Positions 8,646 through 18,579 of a stretch of 64,000 nucleotides of DNA are shown one piece after another. How positions within the stretch are numbered: the first letter of the stretch is position 1; every line of letters begins with the position of its first letter. Made by a program: the position numbers and the translations under genes. The notes beneath the pieces were generated by a model. It was not told the origin of the DNA, did no database searches, and worked only from the letters and a program-made list of their open reading frames with translations. This stretch comes from Candidatus Pacearchaeota archaeon (GTDB lineage Archaea; Nanobdellota; Nanobdellia; Pacearchaeales; GW2011-AR1), in contig JAIFVX010000001.1 in assembly GCA_019659125.1 (NCBI GenBank), positions 15,437 through 79,436 of the forward strand, given 5' to 3'.

Positions 8646-11600
8646 CTAGTCTTTTTCTTCTTTTGAAGGTTTTGTCTTGGTTGCTAAAGGTCCAGTGACT
8701 TTAACCAATAATCCTGGAAGGCCAGTGCCGACGGGAATTGGCTGGTTAAGAAGAATATTCTCAATCACTGAGTTCAGTTCGTCTCGAGCTCCCTGGATAG
8801 TTGCATTGATAAACTGCTTGTCAGGAGTTTCGAATGTCGCACGGGCAAGAATACTTGCCTTGTCTGAGATGATTCCCATTCTCGTGACTCCCTTGACAAC
8901 ACCTGATGAAGTCATTGCGTCAGCAACAAGCTTGAGATGTCTATCATTGATATCTAATCCTTGAGAATCGATAACATGATGGATTTCATTGATGATAGTT
9001 TGGCGAGCAGCTTCTATTCCAAGTACATTTGATACGTCGTGAATGTCATTCGAAGTGATTTTTGTCCTGTCAACTCCCTTAACCTCAAGAATCTCCTTCA
9101 GGTTACTTCCTGCAGTCAAGATGACAAAATCCTTTCCTCTATTGGCTACAACAACCTGTGAAACACCCTTTATTCCAGAGATGATAGTGTCCTTCAATTT
9201 CTCTTTCAACTTGTAGATTGCCTTGAAGTCCATGTCTCCAGCAACAACGGTGATCTTCATGTCATTACCCTTAGTGCTGAATCCTTTTTCATTCAATCGC
9301 TCGATAATTCTTTGTGATCCGACATGCACCGACTTGAGTGCTTTCTGATCAAGGAGCATTTCAATCTTCTTGCTTGCGAAGTCAATCTTTATTTCAGATG
9401 CTATCTCTTTGAGTGTTACTTCTCGTATCTTTTCAGCAATCGTCTTTGCATCCTTATCATTGTTATGTTCCTTGTCAAGGCCTATCTCCATCTGAGGTGT
9501 AGAAGGTTGCTTTCGTGCATCCAAAATTTCAATTAATCGAGGCAAACCAAGTGTAATCTGCATTTCTGCAACTCCTGCATGGTGGAATACGTTAAGAACC
9601 ATTTGCGTCGAAGCTTCTCCAAATGATTGTGCAGTCACTACTCCCTGAGCTTCTCCAGGTGCGACTTTGTCCTGTTTAAGATGAAGGCGAGAGACATCCT
9701 TTCCATCATCTCCAAACATAAACTGAACGATTCGCTCAGATGCATCTCTAACAGTACCATCATATTCAACTTTCAGGTCCTGCAATGCGCTGACGAGTCT
9801 CCTATACAAGTATCCTGATTTTGGAGTTCTTAATGCAGTGTCCATAAGACTGTCTCGTCCAGTGATAGCTCCAAAGAAGAATTCAGTAGGCTTTAGCCCT
9901 CGGAAGAAAGATGACTTGATGAATCCTCGTGATTCAGGGGCAAGGTCTCCACGCTTAAAGAAGGGCAATGTCCTTTCCGTGTATCCAAAGCTGATTCGCT
10001 TGCTTCCTAATGCTTGCTGACCGACGCAGCATGCGATTTGAGTAATATTCAACATACTTCCTGCAGCTCCTGGTGTGATCATCTTGTTCACGTTTCCATC
10101 AACGGGGAAGTTTGCCTTGACAATAGTTCCCACTTCAGTTCTAACCTCGTTCAATACCTGCAATATCTTGATCTCTCGTGTTTCCTCAGCGCTCTTTCCA
10201 GGAAGCAGTGAAAGTGTTCCCTCTTCGTAATGCTTGATTATTTCAGCAGTCTTTCTCTCGGATTCAGCGACGATTTCTGCAGTTAGTTTCTTGACTTTGT
10301 CTGAAACATTGAGATCATGAAGTGAAAGCGTGTATCCTTTTCTTGATAAGTAGATAGTACCTAAAAGGAATGCTTTGTTGATTGCCTCAACAGCAGTATC
10401 ACGGTCGAATTCCTTGTCAATAATCTTCACCATCTCTCCATTTTCAGCTCCAAATGAGTTGCTTCCAGTTATCTCATGAGGAACTTTTATACTTGATCCC
10501 TTAGGAATTATCTGTGCAAAGACTTCAGTTCCGAGAAGTTCTTTCTTTCGTGCAGTATTAATAACATTTGCAGCGAAAAGAAGCTGATCAGCTTCAGCCT
10601 TCATCATGGTAGCCTTTCCAAGAAGATAGTTCCCCGTGACTGCATCCGCAATAGTTCCAACAAGATTCATGTTGTTCTTTGAGGAAATAATATTCTGATT
10701 TACGTCAAGCAATACCTTAGATTCTGCACGTGCCTCTTCAGTCTGAGGACTGTGGATGTTCATTTCATCACCGTCAAAGTCAGCGTTGTAAGGAGCAGCT
10801 GTTGCAGGATTAAGTCTGAATGTTCTTCCAGGAAGAACTCGGACATAGTGGGCCATAAGGCTTTGCTTGTGCAATGAAGGGTGTCGGTTGAATAAAACAA
10901 TGTCTCCATCTCGTAGATGTCTCTCAATCTTATATCCGGGCTGTATTTCAGCGCATAATTCTTCCTTCAGATCAGCAGTAATCCTCTTTCTCTTTCCATC
11001 AGTTCGTATGACATAGTTTGCTCCAGGATATTTCTCTCCCGCATTGATTAATTCTTTCATTACCTCAAGATTTGCAGTCGTTACGCTTTCAGCAACCGTA
11101 ATGATTCGCGCGATTTCAATAGGGATACCAACTTCATTGATGTTGATGTAAGGATCGGGCGATACGACGGTTCTTCCGGAATAGTTGACTCTCTTTCCAG
11201 CAAGGTTATGTCTAATTCTTCCCTCCTTTCCTTTGATTCTCTCAGTAATCGTCTTCAAAGGCTGTCCAGATCTATGTCGTGCAGGAGGGATTCTTGAAAT
11301 ATTATTGTCAAAGAATGTGGTAACGTGGTATTGCAGCAAGTCCCACAGGTCTTCAATAATGACCTCGGGAGCTCCCGCATTGAGGTTTTCCCACAATCTT
11401 TGGTTAGCTCTAATGATATCGGAGAGCTTGTGTGTCAGGTCGTCTTCAGATCTCTCTCCAGTGTCAAGGGTAATCGATGGTCGTACCGTTACGGAAGGAA
11501 CTAAGATGATGGCCAAGACTGCCCACTCCGGTCTGGCAGTTTTAGGATTAATTCCTATCTTCTTCAATTCATCATCCTGGATGCCTACAAGTCTCTCTCG

Positions 11601-12086
11601 TACTTCAATAGGAGAAAGTCGTTTCTTTCCGATCATAAATGTACTTGGCTTTTCTAGTTTTACTCGCTCAATAGCCTCATTGCAGAATGGACACTTCTTT
11701 GCATCTCGAGCTTTCTTAGCACGCTCTGCGGGAGCATAATTCTTCTGCTTCTCTTCGCTGAGAGTCAGTTTACCGCAATGAGGACAGAAGCTTCGCAAGC
11801 ACAGCTCAATTAAAGGAATATACTTTATATGGAAGACAGGTCGTGCAAGCTCAATGCTTCCTGGATGCCCGGGGCATTCTTTTACTCGCTTTCCGCACGT
11901 TCTGCATCTCACTCCTGGATCAATAGCTCCTAATCGCAAGTCCATTAATCCTCCATCAACAGGGAATCCATCAATGTCATACAATTCTGGAGTCACAATC
12001 TTTGCAGAGCTCAACTTCTTGACCTGGTCGGGACTAAGAAGATTGAATTTGAGTGCTCTAACTTGTTTTCTGAAGTGTGTTTGCAT
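8646..12086 (-). CDS. rpoA: DNA-directed RNA polymerase largest subunit, A' and A'' fused in one ORF
   Basis: CPGHPG, NADFDGD, bridge helix TALRTPKSGYLYRRL, then A'' motifs PGEAQG, TQMVLNVFHHAG, TLGLPRLIE, LARATFE. Confidence 0.96.
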   Translation of the reverse strand: MQTHFRKQVRALKFNLLSPDQVKKLSSAKIVTPELYDIDGFPVDGGLMDLRLGAIDPGVRCRTCGKRVKECPGHPGSIELARPVFHIKYIPLIELCLRSFCPHCGKLTLSEEKQKNYAPAERAKKARDAKKCPFCNEAIERVKLEKPSTFMIGKKRLSPIEVRERLVGIQDDELKKIGINPKTARPEWAVLAIILVPSVTVRPSITLDTGERSEDDLTHKLSDIIRANQRLWENLNAGAPEVIIEDLWDLLQYHVTTFFDNNISRIPPARHRSGQPLKTITERIKGKEGRIRHNLAGKRVNYSGRTVVSPDPYININEVGIPIEIARIITVAESVTTANLEVMKELINAGEKYPGANYVIRTDGKRKRITADLKEELCAEIQPGYKIERHLRDGDIVLFNRHPSLHKQSLMAHYVRVLPGRTFRLNPATAAPYNADFDGDEMNIHSPQTEEARAESKVLLDVNQNIISSKNNMNLVGTIADAVTGNYLLGKATMMKAEADQLLFAANVINTARKKELLGTEVFAQIIPKGSSIKVPHEITGSNSFGAENGEMVKIIDKEFDRDTAVEAINKAFLLGTIYLSRKGYTLSLHDLNVSDKVKKLTAEIVAESERKTAEIIKHYEEGTLSLLPGKSAEETREIKILQVLNEVRTEVGTIVKANFPVDGNVNKMITPGAAGSMLNITQIACCVGQQALGSKRISFGYTERTLPFFKRGDLAPESRGFIKSSFFRGLKPTEFFFGAITGRDSLMDTALRTPKSGYLYRRLVSALQDLKVEYDGTVRDASERIVQFMFGDDGKDVSRLHLKQDKVAPGEAQGVVTAQSFGEASTQMVLNVFHHAGVAEMQITLGLPRLIEILDARKQPSTPQMEIGLDKEHNNDKDAKTIAEKIREVTLKEIASEIKIDFASKKIEMLLDQKALKSVHVGSQRIIERLNEKGFSTKGNDMKITVVAGDMDFKAIYKLKEKLKDTIISGIKGVSQVVVANRGKDFVILTAGSNLKEILEVKGVDRTKITSNDIHDVSNVLGIEAARQTIINEIHHVIDSQGLDINDRHLKLVADAMTSSGVVKGVTRMGIISDKASILARATFETPDKQFINATIQGARDELNSVIENILLNQPIPVGTGLPGLLVKVTGPLATKTKPSKEEKD

Positions 12087-15000
12087 TATTGTTCGAATTT
12101 GTTCTTAAGTTCAAATTTAGTGTGAATACCAAGGCCAAGAAGCTCGTCGACAAGCAGTTTGAATGCATACGACATTTCCAATGGCTCTATTTCGCTGCTT
12201 CCGCAGAGCGAGCACGCGATCTTATTTCTGATAATATCTTCATGGGTCATGTTTCCGCAATCCTTACAGATGTACACAACAGTCTTGTCCGAGTCATATC
12301 GTTCCTTTAATAACAATGAGGCTCCATGTCCTGCTAATGCTTGCTGCTCCATTTCTCCTAATCGAAGACCTCCTCCTCGTGATCGTCCTTCTATAGGTTG
12401 TCGTGTGAGTAATGCGACTTTTCCAGAAGCTCGTGCATGCATCTTGTTCTTGACCATATACTTCAACTTCAAGTAGTACATGTTTCCAATATAGATCTTA
12501 GCGTCCATCTTCTTTCCGGTAATACCGTTGTACATAGTCTCTTTTCCATCATAGCTGAATCCCATTTCCTTAAGCTGCCCTTCCAATTCTTCAACACTGG
12601 CTCCGGTGAATGGAGTTCCATCAATGATTCTTCCGGTGACTGCTCCTGTCTTTCCAGCAAGCAATTCAATCAAGTAACCTACTGTCATACGGCTAGGGAT
12701 ACCATGAGGGTTGAACATTAAGTCAGGTCTTACTCCTCGTGCAGTGAATGGAATGTCTTCAGAGTCAGCAATAAGACCAACGACTCCTTTTTGTCCGTGA
12801 GGTGTAGAGAACTTGTCTCCAGGTTCTGGAAGTCTTGAATCTCGGGTTCTTACTTGAGCAATCTTGTTTCCTTCCTGATCTACCGTGATGAATACAGCGT
12901 CAACAACTCCTCTCTCTTCCTGACGTATTGCTGAACTTGCTTCTTTCTTTGACTGTATACTGATGTCTTTTGCCTCACTTAAGAATTTAGGAGGTGTAAG
13001 CTTTCCAATGACAACTTCTCCCTCATTCATGTCTGCTTCAGGGTAGGCAACTCCATCATCTTCCAAGAATCTATAGGATGCCTCTGTTCTATATCCTGAA
13101 ACATCTTTAGCAGGTACAGTAATCTCATCAGAGAGCCCTCCAGGGTATTGTAATTCTGTTGCAGAATATGGTCTGAAGTAAGTATTTCTTCCCATACCTC
13201 TATCAACGCTTGCTTTATTGAGAACAACTGAGTCTTCCATGTTATATCCTTCAAATGGCATGATAGCGACGACAATATTCTGTCCCGATGGATATGCATC
13301 TAAGGTATCATAGACGAATGTTCTAACAACAGGTCTTTGAGGATAGTGGAGGATGGAAACATCAGTGTCAAGTCTGACAAGATAGTTTGCAGCATAGATT
13401 CCAAGACTTTGTTTAAGTGTTTTACTTCCTCTGTTAAGACGAGATGATTGGTCGTGATTTCCAAAAGGAACTAAGCTAGTGATAAGTCCAAAAAGATCAA
13501 TAGGGTGGATTTCAAGGTGCGTGTGCTCAGGAGACAAATCTTCTTGACTCAAAGCAACAAGAGCATTATCTTCTTCAGCGGCATCAATATATTCAATGAT
13601 TCCCTGGTTAAGAAGATCAATCCACTTCATCTTTCCCTGTTCGAGCAATACAAGATATTCATCCTTCAAGGAGCTTACTCCGTTATCTGCAACAATCAAT
13701 GGTCGTAAAACTCTTCCAACTTCAACAGACATGGTGATTTGATTAGTCATCTCATCATACCTGACACTCAATTCTTTAGGAAGCTGTCCCTTTCTTCGTA
13801 CTGCTCGTATTTTTCTTGTAAAGTCTCGAGGATCATTGACGAATCCGATGAATCGCCCGTTGAAGAAGACATCTTTCTCTCCTTCCTTACCAAGCCCAGC
13901 TTCAGTGAATTTCTTCAGGACAACATGCTCATCAAATGCAACGGCCGTTGAAATCTTACTAAGAATGGCTAGGTTCTTTCTCAATCCGATTTCAGTTCCT
14001 TCAGGAGTCTCAGTAGGACAGAATCGACCATAGTGAGTTGGGTGAAGGGTTCTAGCAAGAAAGTTTTCCTGTTCTCCAGGAAGCATGCTAGAGACTCTTT
14101 GTAATTGTGAGAGGATGGCAAGATAATTGGTTTTGTCCATGTTTTGTGTTACACCGCTTCTCTCACCAATCCAACTTCCTGTGGCGATGGCGCTTTCAAT
14201 TCTATGGGTGAACAGTGTCGATTTAGCAATGGTTTTGATAGAATAGAATTTCTTTCTCTTGGCAGTCTTTTGAAGAGAATATTGGATGTCTCGAATAAGA
14301 ATGTTCAAGTTGACTCTAAACAAGTCAGACATCAAGTCTCCTGAGAGCTTTACCCGCTTGTTTGCATAGTGGTCTTTGTCAGTTCGTATCTTGGTTCCTT
14401 CCTTAGAACGAAGATAGAGTCTTAGTAATCTGCAGAGAGTCAATGCTTTCTCAGTTCGTGAAGGCTTGTCCATACCGATATGGGGCAAGAAGAATGAGTC
14501 GATTCTTTGCTTGACTCTGTCAAGAATTTCCTTCTTCGTTCCCTGGATTCCTGACTTTTCAGCAATATACATCATCGCCTCTTCATTATCTTTTATCTGG
14601 GCGAATTCGTAGAGGTTGACAATAAGCCCGTCATTCTCGTGGCTTATGTTCTTGGCAATATCTGCCTCTTTTGTCATTCCTAGGGCCTTCAAAACAACGA
14701 TAGCAGGGATGTTCTTGAGTCTGCTGAATGTCAAATCTAGGATTCCTTCGCTTGTTTCAGCGATAGTGGTAGGGATTCTATATGATCCTCTCTGGGAGAA
14801 GACCCTCAATATTAATCCTTGTCTTCCCTCTTCAATAAATGGCTGGTTGGCTGCAAGGTCCTCGTTCATGACCATGACTCGCTCATTACCATTGATGATG
14901 AAATATCCTCCAGGGTCAAGAGGATCCATGTAGTTCTGGACAAGCTCTTCCTTGTTCATTCCATAGGTAGTGCATGCAGCGCTTCGTACCATGATAGGGA

Positions 15001-15334
15001 TTCTTCCAATTTCAACTTCAGCGCTATCCGCCTGGTCTCCGTATTTCACGCTGATCTCGACGTAGACCGGAGCTGAGTATGTTAAATTTCTTAATCGTGC
15101 AATAGAAGGGGTAATAGTCGTAGAACTTCCATCAGCTTCAATAATATTCGGCTTTCCTACTCGGACTTTGCCGAGCTTGATGTCAACTTCCTCATGATTG
15201 ATAGTCTCATTCAACTCATAGACCAGTTGCTGCATTCTGTTATTGACGAAATCGTTGAAGGAAAGGATGTTCGACTCTACAAGCGAGTGCTGTTCAAGGT
15301 ATTTTCTTACAAGGATATTTTTTTGTTTCATCAT
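12086..15334 (-). CDS. rpoB: DNA-directed RNA polymerase subunit B (unsplit)
   Basis: DPGGYFIING, CPTETPEG, GYNMED, GDKFSTPHGQKG, GGLRLGEME; start taken at ATG 15334, overlapping the rpoH stop. Confidence 0.97.
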   Translation of the reverse strand: MMKQKNILVRKYLEQHSLVESNILSFNDFVNNRMQQLVYELNETINHEEVDIKLGKVRVGKPNIIEADGSSTTITPSIARLRNLTYSAPVYVEISVKYGDQADSAEVEIGRIPIMVRSAACTTYGMNKEELVQNYMDPLDPGGYFIINGNERVMVMNEDLAANQPFIEEGRQGLILRVFSQRGSYRIPTTIAETSEGILDLTFSRLKNIPAIVVLKALGMTKEADIAKNISHENDGLIVNLYEFAQIKDNEEAMMYIAEKSGIQGTKKEILDRVKQRIDSFFLPHIGMDKPSRTEKALTLCRLLRLYLRSKEGTKIRTDKDHYANKRVKLSGDLMSDLFRVNLNILIRDIQYSLQKTAKRKKFYSIKTIAKSTLFTHRIESAIATGSWIGERSGVTQNMDKTNYLAILSQLQRVSSMLPGEQENFLARTLHPTHYGRFCPTETPEGTEIGLRKNLAILSKISTAVAFDEHVVLKKFTEAGLGKEGEKDVFFNGRFIGFVNDPRDFTRKIRAVRRKGQLPKELSVRYDEMTNQITMSVEVGRVLRPLIVADNGVSSLKDEYLVLLEQGKMKWIDLLNQGIIEYIDAAEEDNALVALSQEDLSPEHTHLEIHPIDLFGLITSLVPFGNHDQSSRLNRGSKTLKQSLGIYAANYLVRLDTDVSILHYPQRPVVRTFVYDTLDAYPSGQNIVVAIMPFEGYNMEDSVVLNKASVDRGMGRNTYFRPYSATELQYPGGLSDEITVPAKDVSGYRTEASYRFLEDDGVAYPEADMNEGEVVIGKLTPPKFLSEAKDISIQSKKEASSAIRQEERGVVDAVFITVDQEGNKIAQVRTRDSRLPEPGDKFSTPHGQKGVVGLIADSEDIPFTARGVRPDLMFNPHGIPSRMTVGYLIELLAGKTGAVTGRIIDGTPFTGASVEELEGQLKEMGFSYDGKETMYNGITGKKMDAKIYIGNMYYLKLKYMVKNKMHARASGKVALLTRQPIEGRSRGGGLRLGEMEQQALAGHGASLLLKERYDSDKTVVYICKDCGNMTHEDIIRNKIACSLCGSSEIEPLEMSYAFKLLVDELLGLGIHTKFELKNKFEQ

Positions 15335-15555
15335 ACGATCACCCGATAATAGACATGAGTCTTGTCTTCCTCTTTGCGCTCTATTTTTATGATGTCTCCA
15401 GAAAGGCATGCTTCAGGAAGTGCAGGATCAGTAGCTTTTATTTTTGGAAGCTGCGACAAGGAAATGTTATACTTTTCAAGTAACTCTTTCACCTCATTAG
15501 GTTTCAATTTGGTATGTCGTGGCTGGAGGATATGCATAAGGGAGTGTGAAGGCAT
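15331..15555 (-). CDS. rpoH: RNA polymerase subunit H (Rpo5)
   Basis: HILQPRH, QLPKIKATDPA, GDIIKIER, YYRVIV. Confidence 0.95.
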   Translation of the reverse strand: MPSHSLMHILQPRHTKLKPNEVKELLEKYNISLSQLPKIKATDPALPEACLSGDIIKIERKEEDKTHVYYRVIV

Positions 15556-15617
15556 TAAATTAATAATGACTCTGGAATAATAAAAGACTATAAAACTGGC
15601 TTTTTAAACTTTTCTAA

Positions 15618-15681
15618 AAGTGCGGCTAATTACAATTACCTCAAAAACCAGCTTAGCGGTCCCTGTAAACAGCCCCCACTT
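15618..15681 (-). other. Long imperfect hairpin; candidate small structured RNA
   Basis: Nested stems AAGTG/CACTT, GGCTG/TAGCC, TTACA/TGTAA, GACC/GGTT; G-U pairs favour the minus strand. Confidence 0.4.
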
Positions 15682-15704
15682 CTTTATATATTTTTCCCTA
15701 GAAA

Positions 15705-15779
15705 TGGCCCCGAAGGGATTTGAACCCTCGACACCTGGATTAAAAGTCCAGTGCTCTAACCAGGCTGAGCTACGGAGCC
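15705..15779 (-). tRNA. tRNA-Lys(UUU)
   Basis: GGCTCCG/CGGGGCC acceptor stem, CTGGA-CTTTTAA-TCCAG anticodon arm, TTCAAAT T-loop; CCA not encoded. Confidence 0.95.
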
Positions 15780-15878
15780 ATAAATGAGCTACAAAAAGTT
15801 GTTATTTAAATGTTATTTATCTGCATTTAAAAGCTCATGTTGTTGAATAATAATCTTTAAATGGGTATAAATGTATAA

Positions 15879-16730
15879 TTGCAGATAGATGATAGCTTTT
15901 TATTAGAAGAGATAACAGGACAGATAATTAGTTCAGGAGCTGTTGAAATAAGAGATGTTGATTCTGGCCAAAACCCATTCGTCTATAGTTCTGGAAACCG
16001 AGGCCCAGGCTATGTCATGATAAAAGGTCTTGTCGGCCAGCCGAAGACTCTTAATTTTCTGACAAGAAAGTTAGCAGAAAAGATATCCTCACATTATGGC
16101 CCTCACTTTGAATTTGTCGAAGGAAATGCAACAGGAGGCATGGTTCCAGCATGGCAATTCAGATCAGACCTTGAAGATGTGTTAGGATTAGAAAAGGGAA
16201 CAATTCCCTATACTTATTTGCGGGGAACGAGAAAGGAAGGAGGACACGGTGAACTCATAACAGGAAATGCAAATAATCCCCTTATCAAAAAAGGAATGCC
16301 TGCACTGGTTTTTGAAGAATTGGTGAATTATGCGACAACCACTACAAATGCAGCTAAGGAATTCAGAGCGGCAGGCTATCCCGTCTCTCATGGCGCATGT
16401 ATATTGTTTTACGATAACCCTGAAGCCAGGCGGTTGCTTAAGGAAAATGAAGTAACACAATTATATCTTATTACTCTTCCTGAACTCCTAGATGTCGCCG
16501 AGGCAAACAAGCTTCTTTCAAGCACAGCTGTTAATTCCTATCGCGAGTCTTTGAGAGACCCTCTAGGCTGGCAGCTCAGCAGGAATATGGTTATTCCTAA
16601 AGAGTCCGCTAAGAAAGCGCTAGAGCAAGGCATTCACATGCGTGAGTTGCAGGCTGAAGAGGCTCTTAAGCTTGGGGCTCCCGAGGCGTATCTTAAGAAT
16701 GGATTTGTGTACTGGGCTAAGCAAACATGA
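15879..16730 (+). CDS. pyrE: Orotate phosphoribosyltransferase-like protein (divergent)
   Basis: FVYSSGNRGPGY hood, VEGNATGG, PRPP loop LVFEELVNYATT; coupled to pyrF. Confidence 0.75.
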   Translation: MQIDDSFLLEEITGQIISSGAVEIRDVDSGQNPFVYSSGNRGPGYVMIKGLVGQPKTLNFLTRKLAEKISSHYGPHFEFVEGNATGGMVPAWQFRSDLEDVLGLEKGTIPYTYLRGTRKEGGHGELITGNANNPLIKKGMPALVFEELVNYATTTTNAAKEFRAAGYPVSHGACILFYDNPEARRLLKENEVTQLYLITLPELLDVAEANKLLSSTAVNSYRESLRDPLGWQLSRNMVIPKESAKKALEQGIHMRELQAEEALKLGAPEAYLKNGFVYWAKQT

Positions 16731-17467
16731 GCCAGCCGTTTCTCTATATTGCTCTTGATTATCCGACTCAAGATGAGGTTCTATCTCAGGCAAAAGATTT
16801 CACCCGTGCAGTGAAGGAAGATTACGGATTCAAGGTAAACCTTGACACGATAGCTAATTTTTCTCCCTCTGCTGGAAGCCCGTATGATTTTATGTGGGAG
16901 ATGCTGAGGCTTGAGAAACCCCTCTTTTTTGATTTTAAGATGTGGAATGGGGAGAGAACGATGAGATCAATCATTGAACGCTGCGGTGAGGCTGGAATAG
17001 ATATTGTTAACATCTATGCTCATGCGGGAGAGAAATTTATTAAGAACGTGAAAGAATCACTTGAAAACACACCAACTCTGTTGTTTGCCCTAACGGTTCT
17101 CTCGCATTATAATGATAGTGACACCCGAAGACTCTACAAGCGATCTTTTGGGGATTCAGTGAAAATGTTATCGAGAATTGCCGAGAAAGGAGGGGCTGAC
17201 GGAATTATCCTTCCAGGAACAGAGCTTCACCGTGTGAAAAGAAGTCCTCTACTAAAATTGGCTACCGGGATAAGGCCTACATGGTATAAGAATAAGAAAA
17301 AGAACAATCAGGAACAGATAGTAACTCCTGAGGAAGCTACTGCAGCAGGAGCAGACTTCTACGTCATGGGTTCTCCCATCCTAGATTACGAGACAGAGCA
17401 TGAAAAAATAGAAGCTCTTGAAAGAGTATTATCGGATATTAAGACCGCCGCGTCTCGTCAAGAATAA
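16727..17467 (+). CDS. pyrF: Orotidine-5'-phosphate decarboxylase-like protein (divergent)
   Basis: IALD, FKVN, DFK, ALTVLSH, GIRP, Q..TPEEA..AGAD motifs. Confidence 0.85.
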   Translation: MSQPFLYIALDYPTQDEVLSQAKDFTRAVKEDYGFKVNLDTIANFSPSAGSPYDFMWEMLRLEKPLFFDFKMWNGERTMRSIIERCGEAGIDIVNIYAHAGEKFIKNVKESLENTPTLLFALTVLSHYNDSDTRRLYKRSFGDSVKMLSRIAEKGGADGIILPGTELHRVKRSPLLKLATGIRPTWYKNKKKNNQEQIVTPEEATAAGADFYVMGSPILDYETEHEKIEALERVLSDIKTAASRQE

Positions 17468-17774
17468 TACCTTTCCTGAAAGCACCTTTCTCATATCTCT
17501 TTTTCCTTCGTGCGTGATCAAGTTCTCTCATATCGATTCTCTTTGTCCTCACAATGGCGTGGAGGACCTCATAAATATCAGATAGTTCAGATACGGATTC
17601 CTCTTTAATAAATTCATCAACTTCTTCCTGTAGTTTTTCCTTCAATTTCTTCCAATATTCAACAGGATCTGCCCTATGGATAACTGCACTTTTTCCATCC
17701 TTCTCAATAATTTCAGGAACTTTGTCGCGGATGAGTTTATCGTACTTAATTACAAAGGATTTCTCTTTAACCAT
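17439..17774 (-). CDS. MazG-like NTP pyrophosphohydrolase (COG4997 type)
   Basis: KLIRDKVPEII, KLQEEVDEF, ELSDIYEV, KGAF. Confidence 0.85.
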   Translation of the reverse strand: MVKEKSFVIKYDKLIRDKVPEIIEKDGKSAVIHRADPVEYWKKLKEKLQEEVDEFIKEESVSELSDIYEVLHAIVRTKRIDMRELDHARRKKRYEKGAFRKGIILDETRRS

Positions 17775-17835
17775 AGAATGCAGAGGAACAATGACTTTAA
17801 ATAAATACCAGGTAAATTTTCATCCAGAGAGAGTG

Positions 17836-18153
17836 CTAAAAACTATCCTTGATGTTTTCAAGAATAGTATCCTTGTCTATAGCCCCTGATACTCGGTTGA
17901 CTTGTTCTCCATCTATGAGGAATAAGGTTGTAGGGATGCTTACAACATCAAATCTCTCTGCCAATCCTTGCTCAGCATCAACATCAACTTTTGCGAAATG
18001 GACACCTTTCGATTCGTGTGCAGCCTCATCAAAATGTGGCTCCATGATCTTGCAAGGGTGGCACCATTCAGCCCAAAAATCTATCACCCACTTTCCTTTT
18101 GATGTATGTTCATCAAAGTTTTTATCAGTCAAAATAGTAATATGATCACCCAT
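17836..18153 (-). CDS. trxA: Thioredoxin
   Basis: DFWAEWCHPCK, SIPT; start at ATG 18153. Confidence 0.93.
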   Translation of the reverse strand: MGDHITILTDKNFDEHTSKGKWVIDFWAEWCHPCKIMEPHFDEAAHESKGVHFAKVDVDAEQGLAERFDVVSIPTTLFLIDGEQVNRVSGAIDKDTILENIKDSF

Positions 18154-18244
18154 TGAACTCCTTACAAGCCATGTGTTAATAAACTTTATGTTCACACCGG
18201 ACGAATATATTTATATTAAAAGCCCCTTTTATCGACGGAGTTGC

Positions 18245-18559
18245 ATGAAAAATAAAACTTTAAAGGACTATTTGGAATCAGAGTTCTCTCTTGAGCCAAG
18301 TAGACATCATGCTGTTGGAGAGTACATGGATGGACATAGTGTCAACTTTGAAATCCCTCTGAAGATCACACATGAGCAGCTCGAGGATGCAATAAACCTT
18401 TATTATATGGAACGAAACTATAAGTCAGATAAGTTTGGAAAAGGAGATCAGCACTTTACTAACCATCAGTATATGGTGGCTGTGACAAGCACACCCATAC
18501 TGAGAGCAGGAAAATACAAGATTACGATATCGATCACCCCGCTGAGAAAACTTAAATAG
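18245..18559 (+). CDS. Hypothetical protein
   Basis: ORF from ATG 18245 (MKNKTLK) after an AT-rich TATA-like box. Confidence 0.6.
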   Translation: MKNKTLKDYLESEFSLEPSRHHAVGEYMDGHSVNFEIPLKITHEQLEDAINLYYMERNYKSDKFGKGDQHFTNHQYMVAVTSTPILRAGKYKITISITPLRKLK

Positions 18560-18579
18560 CCATCCAAATTATTAATAGT

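Noticed and set aside
15335-15409. Longer rpoB start in the ORF track (MPFWRHH...)
   Set aside because: Overlaps rpoH coding sequence; ATG 15334 coupled to the rpoH stop is more plausible
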